DNA of 64,000 nucleotides from a plasmid: sequence record NZ_CP039562.1; one strand, 5' to 3'. Below are positions 22,062 to 32,936 of this stretch, piece by piece. A program made the position numbers and the translations under genes. The notes under the pieces are model-generated. The model did not search any database. It was not told the DNA's origin and saw nothing but the letters and a program-made list of their open reading frames with translations. Every line of letters begins with the position of its first letter. Position 1 is the first letter of the stretch.

Positions 22062-22690
22062 GATGCCGGGGGCTGATTGCCCTGCTGATATGGGGGCAGA
22101 GTGTGGCCGCCGCCGATCTTGGTACCTGGGGCGATCTGTGGCCGGTAAAGGAGCCGGACATGCTGACGGTGATCATGCAGCGCCTGACGGCACTGGAGCA
22201 GTCCGGTGAGATGGGCCGGAAAATGGATGCCTTTAAGGAGCGGGTGATCCGCAACAGTCTGCGGCCCCCTGCCGTGCCCGGTATCGGACGCACGGAGAAA
22301 TACGGCAGCCGGTTGTTTGACCCGTCCGTCAGACTGGCTGCGGATATCCGGGATAACGAAGGGCGGGTGTTTGCCCGTCAGGGTGAAGTGATGAATCCGC
22401 TGCAGTATGTTCCTTTTAACCAGACGCTGTATTTCATCAATGGCGATGATCCGGCGCAGGTGGCCTGGATGAAACGCCAGACGCCGCCCACACTGGAGAG
22501 CAAAATTATCCTCGTGCAGGGCAGTATCCCGGAGATGCAGAAGTCTCTGGACAGCCGTGTTTACTTTGACCAGAACGGTGTGCTCTGCCAGCGCCTCGGC
22601 ATTGATCAGGTCCCGGCACGGGTGAGCGCCGTTCCCGGCGATCGCTTCCTGAAGGTGGAATTTATTCCGGCAGAGGAGGGCAGAAAATGA
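22058..22690 (+). CDS. traW: TraW
   Basis: 210 aa from MRCRGLIALLIWGQSVAA (signal peptide). The track ORF 21944 is an upstream extension. Confidence 0.85.
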   Translation: MRCRGLIALLIWGQSVAAADLGTWGDLWPVKEPDMLTVIMQRLTALEQSGEMGRKMDAFKERVIRNSLRPPAVPGIGRTEKYGSRLFDPSVRLAADIRDNEGRVFARQGEVMNPLQYVPFNQTLYFINGDDPAQVAWMKRQTPPTLESKIILVQGSIPEMQKSLDSRVYFDQNGVLCQRLGIDQVPARVSAVPGDRFLKVEFIPAEEGRK

Positions 22691-23679
22691 AGCGAAGCCT
22701 GTGGCTGCTGATGTTATTCCTTCTCGCCGGTCATGTCCCTGCAGCGTCTGCGGATTCTGCCTGTGAGGGGCGTTTTGTAAACCCGATCACGGATATCTGC
22801 TGGAGCTGTATTTTCCCGCTCTCGCTGGGCAGTATCAAAGTCAGTCAGGGTAAGGTCCCCGACACGGCGAACCCGTCGATGCCCATTCAGATTTGTCCGG
22901 CACCGCCGCCGCTGTTCAGGCGTATCGGGCTGGCCATTGGTTACTGGGAGCCGATGGCGCTGACGGACGTCACCCGATCACCGGGATGCATGGTTAACCT
23001 GGGCTTCAGCCTGCCGGCTTTTGGTAAAACGGCACAGGGAACGGCGAAAAAGGATGAGAAGCAGGTGAACGGGGCGTTCTATCACGTTCACTGGTACAAA
23101 TACCCGCTGACGTACTGGCTTAACATCATCACATCGCTGGGCTGTCTGGAAGGTGGTGACCTGGATATCGCTTATCTTTCTGAAATCGACCCCACCTGGA
23201 CGGACAGCAGCCTGACCACCATTCTCAATCCGGAAGCTGTCATCTTTGCCAATCCGATAGCACAGGGAGCCTGCGCAGCAGATGCCATTGCCAGCGCCTT
23301 TAATATGCCTCTCGATGTTCTGTTCTGGTGTGCCGGTTCGCAGGGCAGTATGTACCCGTTCAATGGCTGGGTGAGTAATGAGTCCAGTCCGTTGCAGTCC
23401 TCCCTGCTGGTCAGTGAACGCATGGCGTTCAAGCTGCACCGTCAGGGCATGATTATGGAAACCATCGGGAAAAATAACGCCGTCTGTAATGAATATCCGT
23501 CCCCAATCCTGCCCAAAGAACGCTGGCGTTACCAGATGGTGAATATGTACCCGGACAGCGGACAGTGCCACCCGTTCGGGCGCAGTGTGACCCGCTGGGA
23601 AACCGGGAAAAATCCGCCCAATACAAAGAAAAACTTCGGCTACCTGATGTGGCGTAAACGTAACTGTGTCTTCCTGTGA
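22687..23679 (+). CDS. traU: TraU
   Basis: 330 aa, signal peptide, Cys-rich. Confidence 0.9.
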   Translation: MKRSLWLLMLFLLAGHVPAASADSACEGRFVNPITDICWSCIFPLSLGSIKVSQGKVPDTANPSMPIQICPAPPPLFRRIGLAIGYWEPMALTDVTRSPGCMVNLGFSLPAFGKTAQGTAKKDEKQVNGAFYHVHWYKYPLTYWLNIITSLGCLEGGDLDIAYLSEIDPTWTDSSLTTILNPEAVIFANPIAQGACAADAIASAFNMPLDVLFWCAGSQGSMYPFNGWVSNESSPLQSSLLVSERMAFKLHRQGMIMETIGKNNAVCNEYPSPILPKERWRYQMVNMYPDSGQCHPFGRSVTRWETGKNPPNTKKNFGYLMWRKRNCVFL

Positions 23680-23684
23680 GGTGA

Positions 23685-24326
23685 ATGATGAAGCTGAGTA
23701 TGAAATCTCTGGCAGCACTGCTGATGATGCTGAACGGGGCGGTTATGGCGTCAGAAAACGTGAACACTCCTGAAAACCGCCAGTTCCTGAAGCAGCAGGA
23801 AAATTTAAGCAGACAACTGCGTGAAAAACCTGACCATCAGCTGAAAGCCTGGGCGGAGAAGCAGGTGCTGGAAAACCCCCTTCAGCGTTCAGATAACCAT
23901 TTCCTGGATGAGCTGGTTCGTAAACAGCAGGCTTCGCAGGACGGGAAACCCCGGCAGGGTGCTCTGTATTTTGTGTCGTTTTCCATTCCCGAAGAGGGGC
24001 TGAAACGAATGCTGGGCGAAACCCGGCACTACGGTATACCCGCCACACTGCGGGGCATGGTGAACAATGACCTGAAGACCACCGCTGAAGCCGTGCTGTC
24101 CCTGGTGAAAGACGGCGCGACTGATGGTGTTCAGATCGACCCGACGCTGTTTTCACAGTACGGCATTCGCAGTGTACCGGCACTGGTGGTGTTCTGCAGT
24201 CAGGGATACGACATCATCCGGGGAAACCTGCGGGTCGGCCAGGCGCTGGAGAAAGTGGCCGCCACGGGTGACTGCCGGCAGGTGGCTCATGATTTACTGG
24301 CAGGGAAAGGAGATTCCGGGAAATGA
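23685..24326 (+). CDS. trbC: TrbC
   Basis: 213 aa, signal peptide. Confidence 0.85.
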   Translation: MMKLSMKSLAALLMMLNGAVMASENVNTPENRQFLKQQENLSRQLREKPDHQLKAWAEKQVLENPLQRSDNHFLDELVRKQQASQDGKPRQGALYFVSFSIPEEGLKRMLGETRHYGIPATLRGMVNNDLKTTAEAVLSLVKDGATDGVQIDPTLFSQYGIRSVPALVVFCSQGYDIIRGNLRVGQALEKVAATGDCRQVAHDLLAGKGDSGK

Positions 24327-26131
24327 AACGTATTTTACCTCTGATACTGGCTCTGGTTGCCGGCATGGCACTGGCTGACAGCAACAGTGATTACCGGGCC
24401 GGCTCTGATTTTGCTCACCAGATCAAAGGACAGGGAAGCAGCAGTATTCAGGGCTTTAAGCCACAGGAGAGTATCCCCGGCTATAACGCGAATCCGGACG
24501 AGACAAAATACTACGGTGGCGTGACTGCCGGCGGGGATGGTGGCCTGAAAAATGACGGCACCACGGAATGGGCGACCGGTGAAACCGGAAAAACCATCAC
24601 AGAGTCATTCATGAACAAGCCGAAAGACATTCTTTCACCGGATGCACCGTTTATCCAGACCGGCAGGGATGTGGTGAACCGGGCTGACAGCATTGTGGGA
24701 AACACCGGGCAGCAGTGCAGTGCGCAGGAGATTAGCCGGAGTGAATACACGAATTACACCTGTGAGCGGGATTTACAGGTGGAGCAGTACTGCACACGAA
24801 CTGCCCGTATGGAGCTGCAGGGGAGTACCACGTGGGAAACCCGGACGCTGGAGTATGAAATGAGTCAGCTACCTGCACGTGAAGTGAATGGTCAGTATGT
24901 TGTCTCCATTACCTCTCCCGTTACCGGTGAAATTGTCGATGCGCATTACAGCTGGAGTCGTACTTACCTGCAGAAGAGTGTACCTATGACAATTACAGTA
25001 CTGGGAACCCCACTGAGCTGGAATGCCAAATACTCAGCAGATGCCTCATTTACACCAGTACAGAAAACACTGACTGCCGGTGTGGCTTTTACCTCATCTC
25101 ACCCCGTCCGGGTCGGGAATACAAAATTCAGACGTCATACGGCAATGAAGCTGCGTCTGGTTGTCAGGGTAAAAAAAGCCTCGTACACCCCGTATGTTGT
25201 CTGGTCTGAAAGCTGCCCGTTCAGCAAGGAGCTGGGGAAACTGACAAAAACAGAATGTACGGAGGCTGGCGGGAACAGGACGCTGGTGAAAGACGGTCAG
25301 TCATACAGCATGTACCAGAGCTGCTGGGCATACCGGGACACGTATGTCACGCAGTCAGCAGACAAGGGAACCTGTCAGACCTACACCGACAATCCTGCCT
25401 GTACCCTGGTGTCACACCAGTGTGCCTTTTACTCCGAAGAAGGTGCCTGTCTGCATGAATATGCCACGTACTCCTGTGAGTCAAAAACATCCGGGAAAGT
25501 GATGGTCTGTGGGGGAGACGTATTCTGTCTCGATGGCGAATGCGATAAGGCTCAGAGCGGGAAGAGTAATGATTTTGCCGAAGCCGTTTCTCAGCTGGCG
25601 GCACTGGCCGCTGCAGGTAAGGATGTTGCGGCGCTGAACGGGGTGGATGTCCGTGCTTTCACCGGTCAGGCGAAATTTTGTAAGAAGGCTGCAGCCGGAT
25701 ACAGCAACTGCTGTAAGGACAGCGGCTGGGGACAGGATATCGGGCTGGCCAAATGCAGCAGTGATGAAAAAGCCCTGGCTAAAGCAAAATCAAACAAACT
25801 GACCGTCAGTGTCGGAGAGTTCTGTTCGAAGAAAGTGCTGGGTGTCTGTCTGGAGAAAAAACGCAGCTACTGTCAGTTTGATTCGAAGCTGGCGCAGATA
25901 GTCCAGCAGCAGGGACGCAACGGTCAGCTGCGTATCAGTTTTGGCAGTGCGAAGCATCCTGACTGTCGGGGGATTACGGTTGATGAGCTGCAGAAAATTC
26001 AGTTCGACAGACTGGATTTCACTAACTTCTACGAAGACCTGATGAATAACCAGAAAATCCCGGACAGTGGCGTTCTGACGCAGAAAGTGAAAGAGCAGAT
26101 TGCTGACCAGCTGAAGCAGGCAGGACAGTAA
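24323..26131 (+). CDS. traN: TraN (mating-pair stabilisation, Cys-rich outer-membrane protein)
   Basis: 602 aa, signal peptide, many Cys. Confidence 0.92.
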   Translation: MKRILPLILALVAGMALADSNSDYRAGSDFAHQIKGQGSSSIQGFKPQESIPGYNANPDETKYYGGVTAGGDGGLKNDGTTEWATGETGKTITESFMNKPKDILSPDAPFIQTGRDVVNRADSIVGNTGQQCSAQEISRSEYTNYTCERDLQVEQYCTRTARMELQGSTTWETRTLEYEMSQLPAREVNGQYVVSITSPVTGEIVDAHYSWSRTYLQKSVPMTITVLGTPLSWNAKYSADASFTPVQKTLTAGVAFTSSHPVRVGNTKFRRHTAMKLRLVVRVKKASYTPYVVWSESCPFSKELGKLTKTECTEAGGNRTLVKDGQSYSMYQSCWAYRDTYVTQSADKGTCQTYTDNPACTLVSHQCAFYSEEGACLHEYATYSCESKTSGKVMVCGGDVFCLDGECDKAQSGKSNDFAEAVSQLAALAAAGKDVAALNGVDVRAFTGQAKFCKKAAAGYSNCCKDSGWGQDIGLAKCSSDEKALAKAKSNKLTVSVGEFCSKKVLGVCLEKKRSYCQFDSKLAQIVQQQGRNGQLRISFGSAKHPDCRGITVDELQKIQFDRLDFTNFYEDLMNNQKIPDSGVLTQKVKEQIADQLKQAGQ

Positions 26132-26154
26132 GGTATGGAAAATAACCGGGGGAA

Positions 26155-26415
26155 ATGATGAAAGTTATATTCACTTCTAATCGTCTTGTTGATTTTCTTA
26201 TCCGGCTTTCGATTACAGCGATTGTCATTTCCCCGGTAATTATCTGGTCGTGGGATACGGTAAAAGAAACCACGGCAGACGGGATGCTTGCCGCTGCTTT
26301 CGTTATCCTTTACTCCGGTGTGCTCCTGTTTATTCTGTATTTTTGTTTTTCTGCCCTGACTGACCTGCAGAAAACCGATGAAAGAAATAATGATGAAAGA
26401 AATGAAGATGAATAA
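26155..26415 (+). CDS. trbE: TrbE
   Basis: 86 aa membrane protein. Confidence 0.7.
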   Translation: MMKVIFTSNRLVDFLIRLSITAIVISPVIIWSWDTVKETTADGMLAAAFVILYSGVLLFILYFCFSALTDLQKTDERNNDERNEDE

Positions 26416-27151
26416 AGCATTACTGCCACTGTTACTCTGCTGCTTTATTTTTCCGGCGTCAGGGAAAGATGCAGGCTGGCAGTGGTATAACGAGAAAATA
26501 ACTCCGAAGGAAAAAGAAAATAAACCTGTACCTGCAGCCCCCCGTCAGGAGCCGGATATTATGCAGAAACTGGCCGCGCTGCAGACGGCAACAAAGCGGG
26601 CGCTGTACGAAGCCATTCTGTATCCCGGCGTGGATAATTTTGTGAAATATTTCCGGCTGCAGAATTACTGGACTCAGCAGGCCGGGCTTTTCACCATGAG
26701 TGCTAAAAAGGCCATGCTGGCACATCCTGAACTGGACTATAACCTGCAGTACAGCCATTACAACGGCACGGTACGGAACCAGCTGGCGGCAGACCAGGCG
26801 CAGCAGCGACAGGCCATTGCGAAACTGGCTGAACACTACGGCATCATGTTTTTTTACCGGGGGCAGGACCCCATCGACGGGCAGCTGGCGCAGGTCATTA
26901 ATGGCTTCCGGGATACGTATGGTCTGAGTGTTATTCCCGTTTCCGTGGATGGCGTGATTAATCCGTTGTTGCCGGATTCCCGGACTGACCAGGGGCAGGC
27001 GCAGCGCCTCGGCGTGAAATATTTCCCGGCCATGATGCTGGTTGACCCGAAACAGGGCAGTGTTCGTCCGTTATCATACGGTTTTATTTCGCAGGACGAC
27101 CTGGCAAAACAATTCCTGAACGTTTCTGAAGATTTTAAACCCAATTTTTAA
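26408..27151 (+). CDS. traF: TraF (thioredoxin-fold pilus assembly protein)
   Basis: 247 aa from MNKALLPLLLCCFIFPASG. Confidence 0.9.
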   Translation: MNKALLPLLLCCFIFPASGKDAGWQWYNEKITPKEKENKPVPAAPRQEPDIMQKLAALQTATKRALYEAILYPGVDNFVKYFRLQNYWTQQAGLFTMSAKKAMLAHPELDYNLQYSHYNGTVRNQLAADQAQQRQAIAKLAEHYGIMFFYRGQDPIDGQLAQVINGFRDTYGLSVIPVSVDGVINPLLPDSRTDQGQAQRLGVKYFPAMMLVDPKQGSVRPLSYGFISQDDLAKQFLNVSEDFKPNF

Positions 27152-27166
27152 TCGCGGATTTGATTT

Positions 27167-27514
27167 ATGAGTGAAGATTATTTGAAAATATTTACAGGTG
27201 TTGTTCTGTTAATATTTGTCATTATTTCCGGTTATTTCTTTTCTGAGCGTAATGACAGGAAAATGTTTCTCCTGAGCTCACTGGTTTTCCTTGTTATTAA
27301 TATCGCGTGTTTATATGTGCTGACTGCCAGTCTCTGGTTTCTGTGTGGTGCAATTATGAATCAGGGCGCAGCAATGGTTGTTCCAATGGTTATTGGTTCA
27401 TTACCGAACGTTACGAGCTTCGACGGGTTCAGAAGAATATTTATCTGTATTATGTTGTCATCGGTATGGTCCGGAGTGATGTGGTTTTTTATAAGGGGGC
27501 TTATGACAGGCTAA
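27167..27514 (+). CDS. trbA: TrbA
   Basis: 115 aa, hydrophobic. Confidence 0.7.
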   Translation: MSEDYLKIFTGVVLLIFVIISGYFFSERNDRKMFLLSSLVFLVINIACLYVLTASLWFLCGAIMNQGAAMVVPMVIGSLPNVTSFDGFRRIFICIMLSSVWSGVMWFFIRGLMTG

Positions 27515-27632
27515 GTCATATAAAACGGTAATAAAAACCATACAAAATAATGAGATTGAACTGATTAATATCACACAAACGCGAATATTACAGACATAAA
27601 TACTCTCATGTAAATAATAACCGGAGTTTAAC

Positions 27633-27917
27633 ATGATAAGTAAACGCAGATTCTCTTTACCCCGGCTTGATATTACGGGAATGTGGGTATTTTCCCTGGG
27701 TGTCTGGTTTCATATCGTCGCCCGTCTTGTTTACAGCAAACCCTGGATGGCTTTTTTTCTGGCGGAGCTGATTGCGGCCATCCTTGTGCTGTTCGGCGCA
27801 TACCAGGTGCTGGATGCATGGATTGCCCGTGTCAGCCGGGAAGAGCGTGAGGCACTGGAAGCCAGGCAACAGGCCATGATGGAAGGGCAGCAGGAGGGCG
27901 GACATGTCTCTCACTAA
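27633..27917 (+). CDS. traQ: TraQ (pilin chaperone)
   Basis: 94 aa. Confidence 0.8.
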   Translation: MISKRRFSLPRLDITGMWVFSLGVWFHIVARLVYSKPWMAFFLAELIAAILVLFGAYQVLDAWIARVSREEREALEARQQAMMEGQQEGGHVSH

Positions 27918-28449
27918 ATTACTGCCGGTTATTTTGTTGATGATGGCCACAGGTGTGCAGGCCTCCACCCGGGATGAAATTGAACGACTCTGGAATCCGC
28001 AGGGTATGGCCGCGCAGCCTGCACAACCGGCAGCAGGCACGTCAGCCAGGACAGAAAAGCCGGCTCCCCGCTGGTTCCGCCTCAGCAACGGCAGGCAGGT
28101 TAACCTGGCCGACTGGAAGGTGGTGCTGTTTATGCAGGGGCATTGCCCTTACTGTCACCAGTTTGACCCGGTACTGAAACAGCTGGCACAGCAGTACGGC
28201 TTTTCCGTTTTTCCCTACACCCTGGATGGTCAGGGGGATACCGCTTTTCCGGAAGCATTACCGGTGCCACCGGACGTGATGCAGACCTTCTTCCCGAATA
28301 TCCCGGTGGCCACACCGACCACCTTCCTGGTCAACGTCAACACGCTTGAGGCATTACCGCTTTTACAGGGGGCAACGGATGCCGCCGGTTTTATGGCGCG
28401 GATGGATACCGTTCTGCAGATGTACGGAGGAAAAAAAGGTGCGAAATAA
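27904..28449 (+). CDS. trbB: TrbB (periplasmic thiol-disulfide isomerase)
   Basis: 181 aa with CPYC motif. Confidence 0.85.
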   Translation: MSLTKLLPVILLMMATGVQASTRDEIERLWNPQGMAAQPAQPAAGTSARTEKPAPRWFRLSNGRQVNLADWKVVLFMQGHCPYCHQFDPVLKQLAQQYGFSVFPYTLDGQGDTAFPEALPVPPDVMQTFFPNIPVATPTTFLVNVNTLEALPLLQGATDAAGFMARMDTVLQMYGGKKGAK

Positions 28450-28741
28450 GCAGGTGGTGTTACTCATTGCCGGAATATCCGGCATCGCGACGGGAATAAT
28501 CGTCAGCCTGAATATCCCCTTTATCCATCAGGGGCTTTTTTATCCCGCCAGCCCTGTAGAAATTGTCGTTTCGCTGTGCCTTACCTTTTCTGTTTCTGTT
28601 GTGTTTTTTGTGGGGGCAATTGTGGGATGGATTTCGGTGTCTGAAATATATTACAGCCGCAGGACTGGACGGAAATATCGGGATATTCCTGCTGAAATGT
28701 CGTATGCGCCGGGAGAACAAATTAAGGGAGGGCAAGAATGA
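28439..28741 (+). CDS. trbJ: TrbJ (GTG start)
   Basis: ~100-aa membrane protein in the trbJ slot. The track ORF 28346 is an upstream extension. Confidence 0.5.
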   Translation: MRNKQVVLLIAGISGIATGIIVSLNIPFIHQGLFYPASPVEIVVSLCLTFSVSVVFFVGAIVGWISVSEIYYSRRTGRKYRDIPAEMSYAPGEQIKGGQE

Positions 28742-30114
28742 TGCCACGCATTAAACCTCTTCTGGTTCTTTGTGCTGCTTTACTGACGGTCACACCCGCA
28801 GCGTCAGCGGATGTGAACAGCGACATGAATCAGTTCTTTAACAAGCTGGGCTTCGCCTCCAATACCACACAGCCGGGCGTCTGGCAGGGGCAGGCCGCCG
28901 GTTATGCTTACGGTGGCTCCCTGTATGCCCGTACTCAGGTCAAAAATGTTCAGCTGATTTCCATGACGCTGCCGGATATCAATGCCGGATGTGGCGGCAT
29001 CGACGCCTATCTCGGCTCGTTCAGTTTTATTAATGGCGAGCAGCTGCAGCGTTTTGTTAAGCAGATTATGAGCAATGCTGCCGGTTACTTTTTTGACCTT
29101 GCCCTGCAGACAACGGTGCCGGAAATCAAAACCGCAAAAGACTTCCTGCAGAAAATGGCAAGCGACATTAACAGTATGAACCTCAGTTCCTGCCAGGCTG
29201 CACAGGGGATTATCGGCGGGCTCTTCCCCCGGACGCAGGTGTCCCAGCAGAAAGTCTGTCAGGACATTGCCGGTGAGAGCAATATTTTTGCTGACTGGGC
29301 GGCTTCCCGGCAGGGATGTACCGTTGGCGGGAAATCTGACAGTGTCAGGGATAAAGCCAGCGACAAGGATAAGGAGCGGGTGACCAAAAACATCAACATC
29401 ATGTGGAATGCGCTTTCCAAAAACAGAATGTTTGACGGCAACAAAGAGCTGAAAGAGTTTGTGATGACGTTGACCGGCTCACTGGTGTTTGGTCCTAACG
29501 GCGAAATCACACCCTTGTCAGCCAGAACCACTGACCGCTCAATTATCCGGGTCATGATGGAAGGCGGCACAGCAAAAATTTATCACTGCAACGATTCTGA
29601 TAAATGCCTGAAAGTGGTGGCAGACACACCGGTGACCATCAGCCGGGATAATGCACTGAAGTCTCAGATTACTAAACTTCTGGCCAGCATTCAGAACAAG
29701 GCGGTCAGTGACACGCCTCTGGATGACAAGGAAAAAGGCTTTATTTCCAGTACCACCATCCCCGTCTTCAAATACCTGGTTGACCCGCAGATGCTCGGTG
29801 TTTCCAACAGTATGATTTACCAGCTGACGGACTATATCGGTTACGACATCCTGCTGCAGTACATTCAGGAGCTGATACAGCAGGCCAGGGCGATGGTGGC
29901 CACAGGAAATTATGACGAAGCAGTTATCGAACATATTAACGACAACATGAATGATGCCACCCGGCAGATTGCGGCGTTTCAGTCACAGGTGCAGGTACAG
30001 CAGGATGCGCTGCTGGTTGTCGATCGTCAGATGAGCTACATGCGTCAGCAGCTTTCCGCCCGCATGCTCAGTCGTTACCAGAACAACTATCACTTCGGAG
30101 GGAGCACGCTGTGA
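28738..30114 (+). CDS. traH: TraH
   Basis: 458 aa, signal peptide. trbF appears to be absent between trbJ and traH. Confidence 0.9.
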   Translation: MMPRIKPLLVLCAALLTVTPAASADVNSDMNQFFNKLGFASNTTQPGVWQGQAAGYAYGGSLYARTQVKNVQLISMTLPDINAGCGGIDAYLGSFSFINGEQLQRFVKQIMSNAAGYFFDLALQTTVPEIKTAKDFLQKMASDINSMNLSSCQAAQGIIGGLFPRTQVSQQKVCQDIAGESNIFADWAASRQGCTVGGKSDSVRDKASDKDKERVTKNINIMWNALSKNRMFDGNKELKEFVMTLTGSLVFGPNGEITPLSARTTDRSIIRVMMEGGTAKIYHCNDSDKCLKVVADTPVTISRDNALKSQITKLLASIQNKAVSDTPLDDKEKGFISSTTIPVFKYLVDPQMLGVSNSMIYQLTDYIGYDILLQYIQELIQQARAMVATGNYDEAVIEHINDNMNDATRQIAAFQSQVQVQQDALLVVDRQMSYMRQQLSARMLSRYQNNYHFGGSTL

Positions 30115-32936
30115 ATGAAGTTTATGTGATTGCCGGTGGTGAGTGGTTGCGGAATAACCTGAACGCCATTGCCGCCTTTATGGGAACCAGGACGTGGGAT
30201 TCCATTGAAAAAATTGCGCTCACATTGTCTGTTCTCGCGGTGGCCGTGATGTGGGTACAGCGGCACAACGTGATGGATTTGCTGGGCTGGGTGGCCGTGT
30301 TTGTGCTTATCAGCCTGCTGGTTAATGTCCGCACATCGGTGCAGGTTATTGATAACAGTGACCTGGTCAAAGTTCACCGGGTGGATAATGTGCCGGTCGG
30401 ACTGGCGATGCCACTTTCACTGACGACCCGTATCGGGCATGCAATGGTGGCCAGTTACGAGATGATCTTCACGCAACCGGACAGTGTCACCTACAGCAAA
30501 ACGGGGATGCTGTTTGGCGCAGAACTGGTATCAAAAAGCACCGACTTTTTGTCCCGGAATCCGGAAATCACCAATCTTTTCCAGGATTATGTGCAGAACT
30601 GCGTGATGGGGGATATTTACCTGAACCACAAATATACGCTGGAGGAGCTGATGGCCTCCGCTGATCCCTACACGCTGATTTTTTCCCGCCCCAGCCCGCT
30701 GCGGGGCGTTTATGACAGCAATAATAATTTCGTAACCTGTAAGGACGCGTCGGTTTCGCTGAAAGACAAGCTGAATCTGGACACACAGAGTGGCGGAAAA
30801 ACCTGGCATTATTATGCCCAGCAGCTATTTGGCGGACGCCCTGATCCTAACCTGCTGTTCAGTACGCTGATTGGCGACAGTTACAGTTACTTCTATGGCT
30901 CAAGTAAATCAGCCAGCCAGATCATCCGCCAGAATGTCACCATCAATGCGCTGAAGGAGGGGATCACCAGTTATGCCGCACGTAATGGTGATTCGGCCAG
31001 CCTGGTGAATCTGGCCACCACGTCATCGATGGAGAAACAACGTCTGGCACATGTATCAATCGGTCATGTGGCGATGCGGACACTGCCCATGACGCAGACC
31101 ATCCTGACGGGGATCGCCATCGGTATTTTCCCGCTCCTGGTACTGGCGGCTGTCTTCAACAAACTGACGCTGTCCGTCCTGAAAGGCTATGTGTTTGCCC
31201 TGATGTGGTTGCAGTCATGGCCAATGTTGTACGCCATTCTGAACAGCGCCATGACATTTTATGCAAAGCAGAATGGTGCACCGGTGGTGCTCTCGGAAAT
31301 TTCACAGATACAGCTGAAATACTCCGATCTGGCTTCCACTGCCGGGTATCTTTCCATGATGATCCCGCCATTATCCTGGATGATGGTCAGGGGGCTCGGG
31401 GCAGGATTTTCCAGTGTGTACAGCCATTTCGCTTCCTCTGCTATCAGCCCGACCGCCAGTGCAGCAGGCAGTGTGGTTGACGGTAATTACTCCTACGGCA
31501 ACATGCAGACGGAGAACGTTAACGGCTTCAGCTGGAGCACCAACAGCACCACGTCGTTTGGTCAGATGATGTACCAGACCGGCAGTGGCGCAACCGCCAC
31601 ACAGACCCGTGACGGTAATATGGTGATGGATGCAAGCGGAGCGATGTCCCGGTTACCGGTCGGCATCAATGCAACGCGTCAGATTGCGGCGGCACAACAG
31701 GAAATGGCCCGGGAAGCATCGAACAGAGCAGAAAGTGCCCTGCATGGGTTCAGCAGCAGTATTGCCAGTGCCTGGAACACGCTCAGTCAGTTTGGTTCTA
31801 ACCGGGGGAGCAGTGATTCTGTCACCGGTGGTGCTGACAGCACGATGAGTGCACAGGACTCCATGATGGCCAGCCGTATGCGCAGTGCAGTGGAAAGCTA
31901 TGCGAAGGCGCATAATATCAGTAATGAGCAGGCGACTCAGGAACTGGCATCAACAAGTACCAGGCTATCTGGTGGAATGTATGCTGATGCTCATGCTGAA
32001 TGGGGGGTTAAACCTAAAATTCTTGGTGTTGGTGGTGGGGTAGGCATCAGAGGTGGATTTAAGGGGAGCCTGGATGCAACGGATGATGACTCACATTCAG
32101 CAAGTAGTGGCAGCAGGGCTACCCATGATGCTCGCCATGATATCGATGCTAAAGCCAGTAAGGACTTTAAAGAGGCCAGCGATTACTTTACCAGTCGCAA
32201 AGTCAGTGAATCCGGCAGCCATACTGACAATAATGCCGATTCCCGCGTGGACCAGTTGTCTGCAGCCCTGAACTCAGCGAAACAGAGTTACGACCAGTAC
32301 ACGACGAATATGACCCGCAGCCATGAATATGCTGAAATGGCATCCCGTACTGAAAGCATGAGTGGGCAGATGAGCGAAGATTTGTCGCAACAGTTTGCAC
32401 TGTATGTGATGAAACACGCACCGCAGGATGCCGAAGCTATTCTGACAAACACCAGTTCACCGGAGATTGCAGAACGCCGTCGGGCGATGGCATGGTCTTT
32501 TGTTCAGGAACAGGTGCAGCCTGGTGTTGATAATGCCTGGCGTGAATCCCGTGGGGATATTGGTAAAGGAATGGAGAGCGTACCTTCGGGTGGTGGCAGC
32601 CAGGATATTATTGCTGACCATCAGGGGCATCAGGCCATTATTGATCAAAGAACGCAGGACAGTAATATCCGTAATGATGTAAAACATCAGGTTGATAATA
32701 TGGTCACAGAATATAAAGGGAATATCGGAGATACTCAGAATAGTATTCATGGCGAAGAAAATATTGTAGACAGACAATATTCAGAGTTAAAAAATAATCA
32801 CAAACAGGAAGAAATTCAACAAAACAACAGATATAATGAAGAAAATAAACGACAGAAATTAATGCCAACACCGTCTGAAGATGCATTAAAACAGATGGTG
32901 GATGATAAGAAAGAACGATTGAAGGGGCCATTATGA
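30111..32936 (+). CDS. traG: TraG (mating-pair stabilisation / entry-exclusion specificity)
   Basis: 941 aa, polytopic N-terminus. Confidence 0.92.
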   Translation: MNEVYVIAGGEWLRNNLNAIAAFMGTRTWDSIEKIALTLSVLAVAVMWVQRHNVMDLLGWVAVFVLISLLVNVRTSVQVIDNSDLVKVHRVDNVPVGLAMPLSLTTRIGHAMVASYEMIFTQPDSVTYSKTGMLFGAELVSKSTDFLSRNPEITNLFQDYVQNCVMGDIYLNHKYTLEELMASADPYTLIFSRPSPLRGVYDSNNNFVTCKDASVSLKDKLNLDTQSGGKTWHYYAQQLFGGRPDPNLLFSTLIGDSYSYFYGSSKSASQIIRQNVTINALKEGITSYAARNGDSASLVNLATTSSMEKQRLAHVSIGHVAMRTLPMTQTILTGIAIGIFPLLVLAAVFNKLTLSVLKGYVFALMWLQSWPMLYAILNSAMTFYAKQNGAPVVLSEISQIQLKYSDLASTAGYLSMMIPPLSWMMVRGLGAGFSSVYSHFASSAISPTASAAGSVVDGNYSYGNMQTENVNGFSWSTNSTTSFGQMMYQTGSGATATQTRDGNMVMDASGAMSRLPVGINATRQIAAAQQEMAREASNRAESALHGFSSSIASAWNTLSQFGSNRGSSDSVTGGADSTMSAQDSMMASRMRSAVESYAKAHNISNEQATQELASTSTRLSGGMYADAHAEWGVKPKILGVGGGVGIRGGFKGSLDATDDDSHSASSGSRATHDARHDIDAKASKDFKEASDYFTSRKVSESGSHTDNNADSRVDQLSAALNSAKQSYDQYTTNMTRSHEYAEMASRTESMSGQMSEDLSQQFALYVMKHAPQDAEAILTNTSSPEIAERRRAMAWSFVQEQVQPGVDNAWRESRGDIGKGMESVPSGGGSQDIIADHQGHQAIIDQRTQDSNIRNDVKHQVDNMVTEYKGNIGDTQNSIHGEENIVDRQYSELKNNHKQEEIQQNNRYNEENKRQKLMPTPSEDALKQMVDDKKERLKGPL

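Noticed and set aside
27657-28088. 143-aa minus-strand ORF opposite traQ/trbB (artA-like position)
   Set aside because: An antisense ORF (artA) has been described here in F, but I cannot support a real gene from sequence alone. No RBS evident, and it overlaps two well-supported sense genes.
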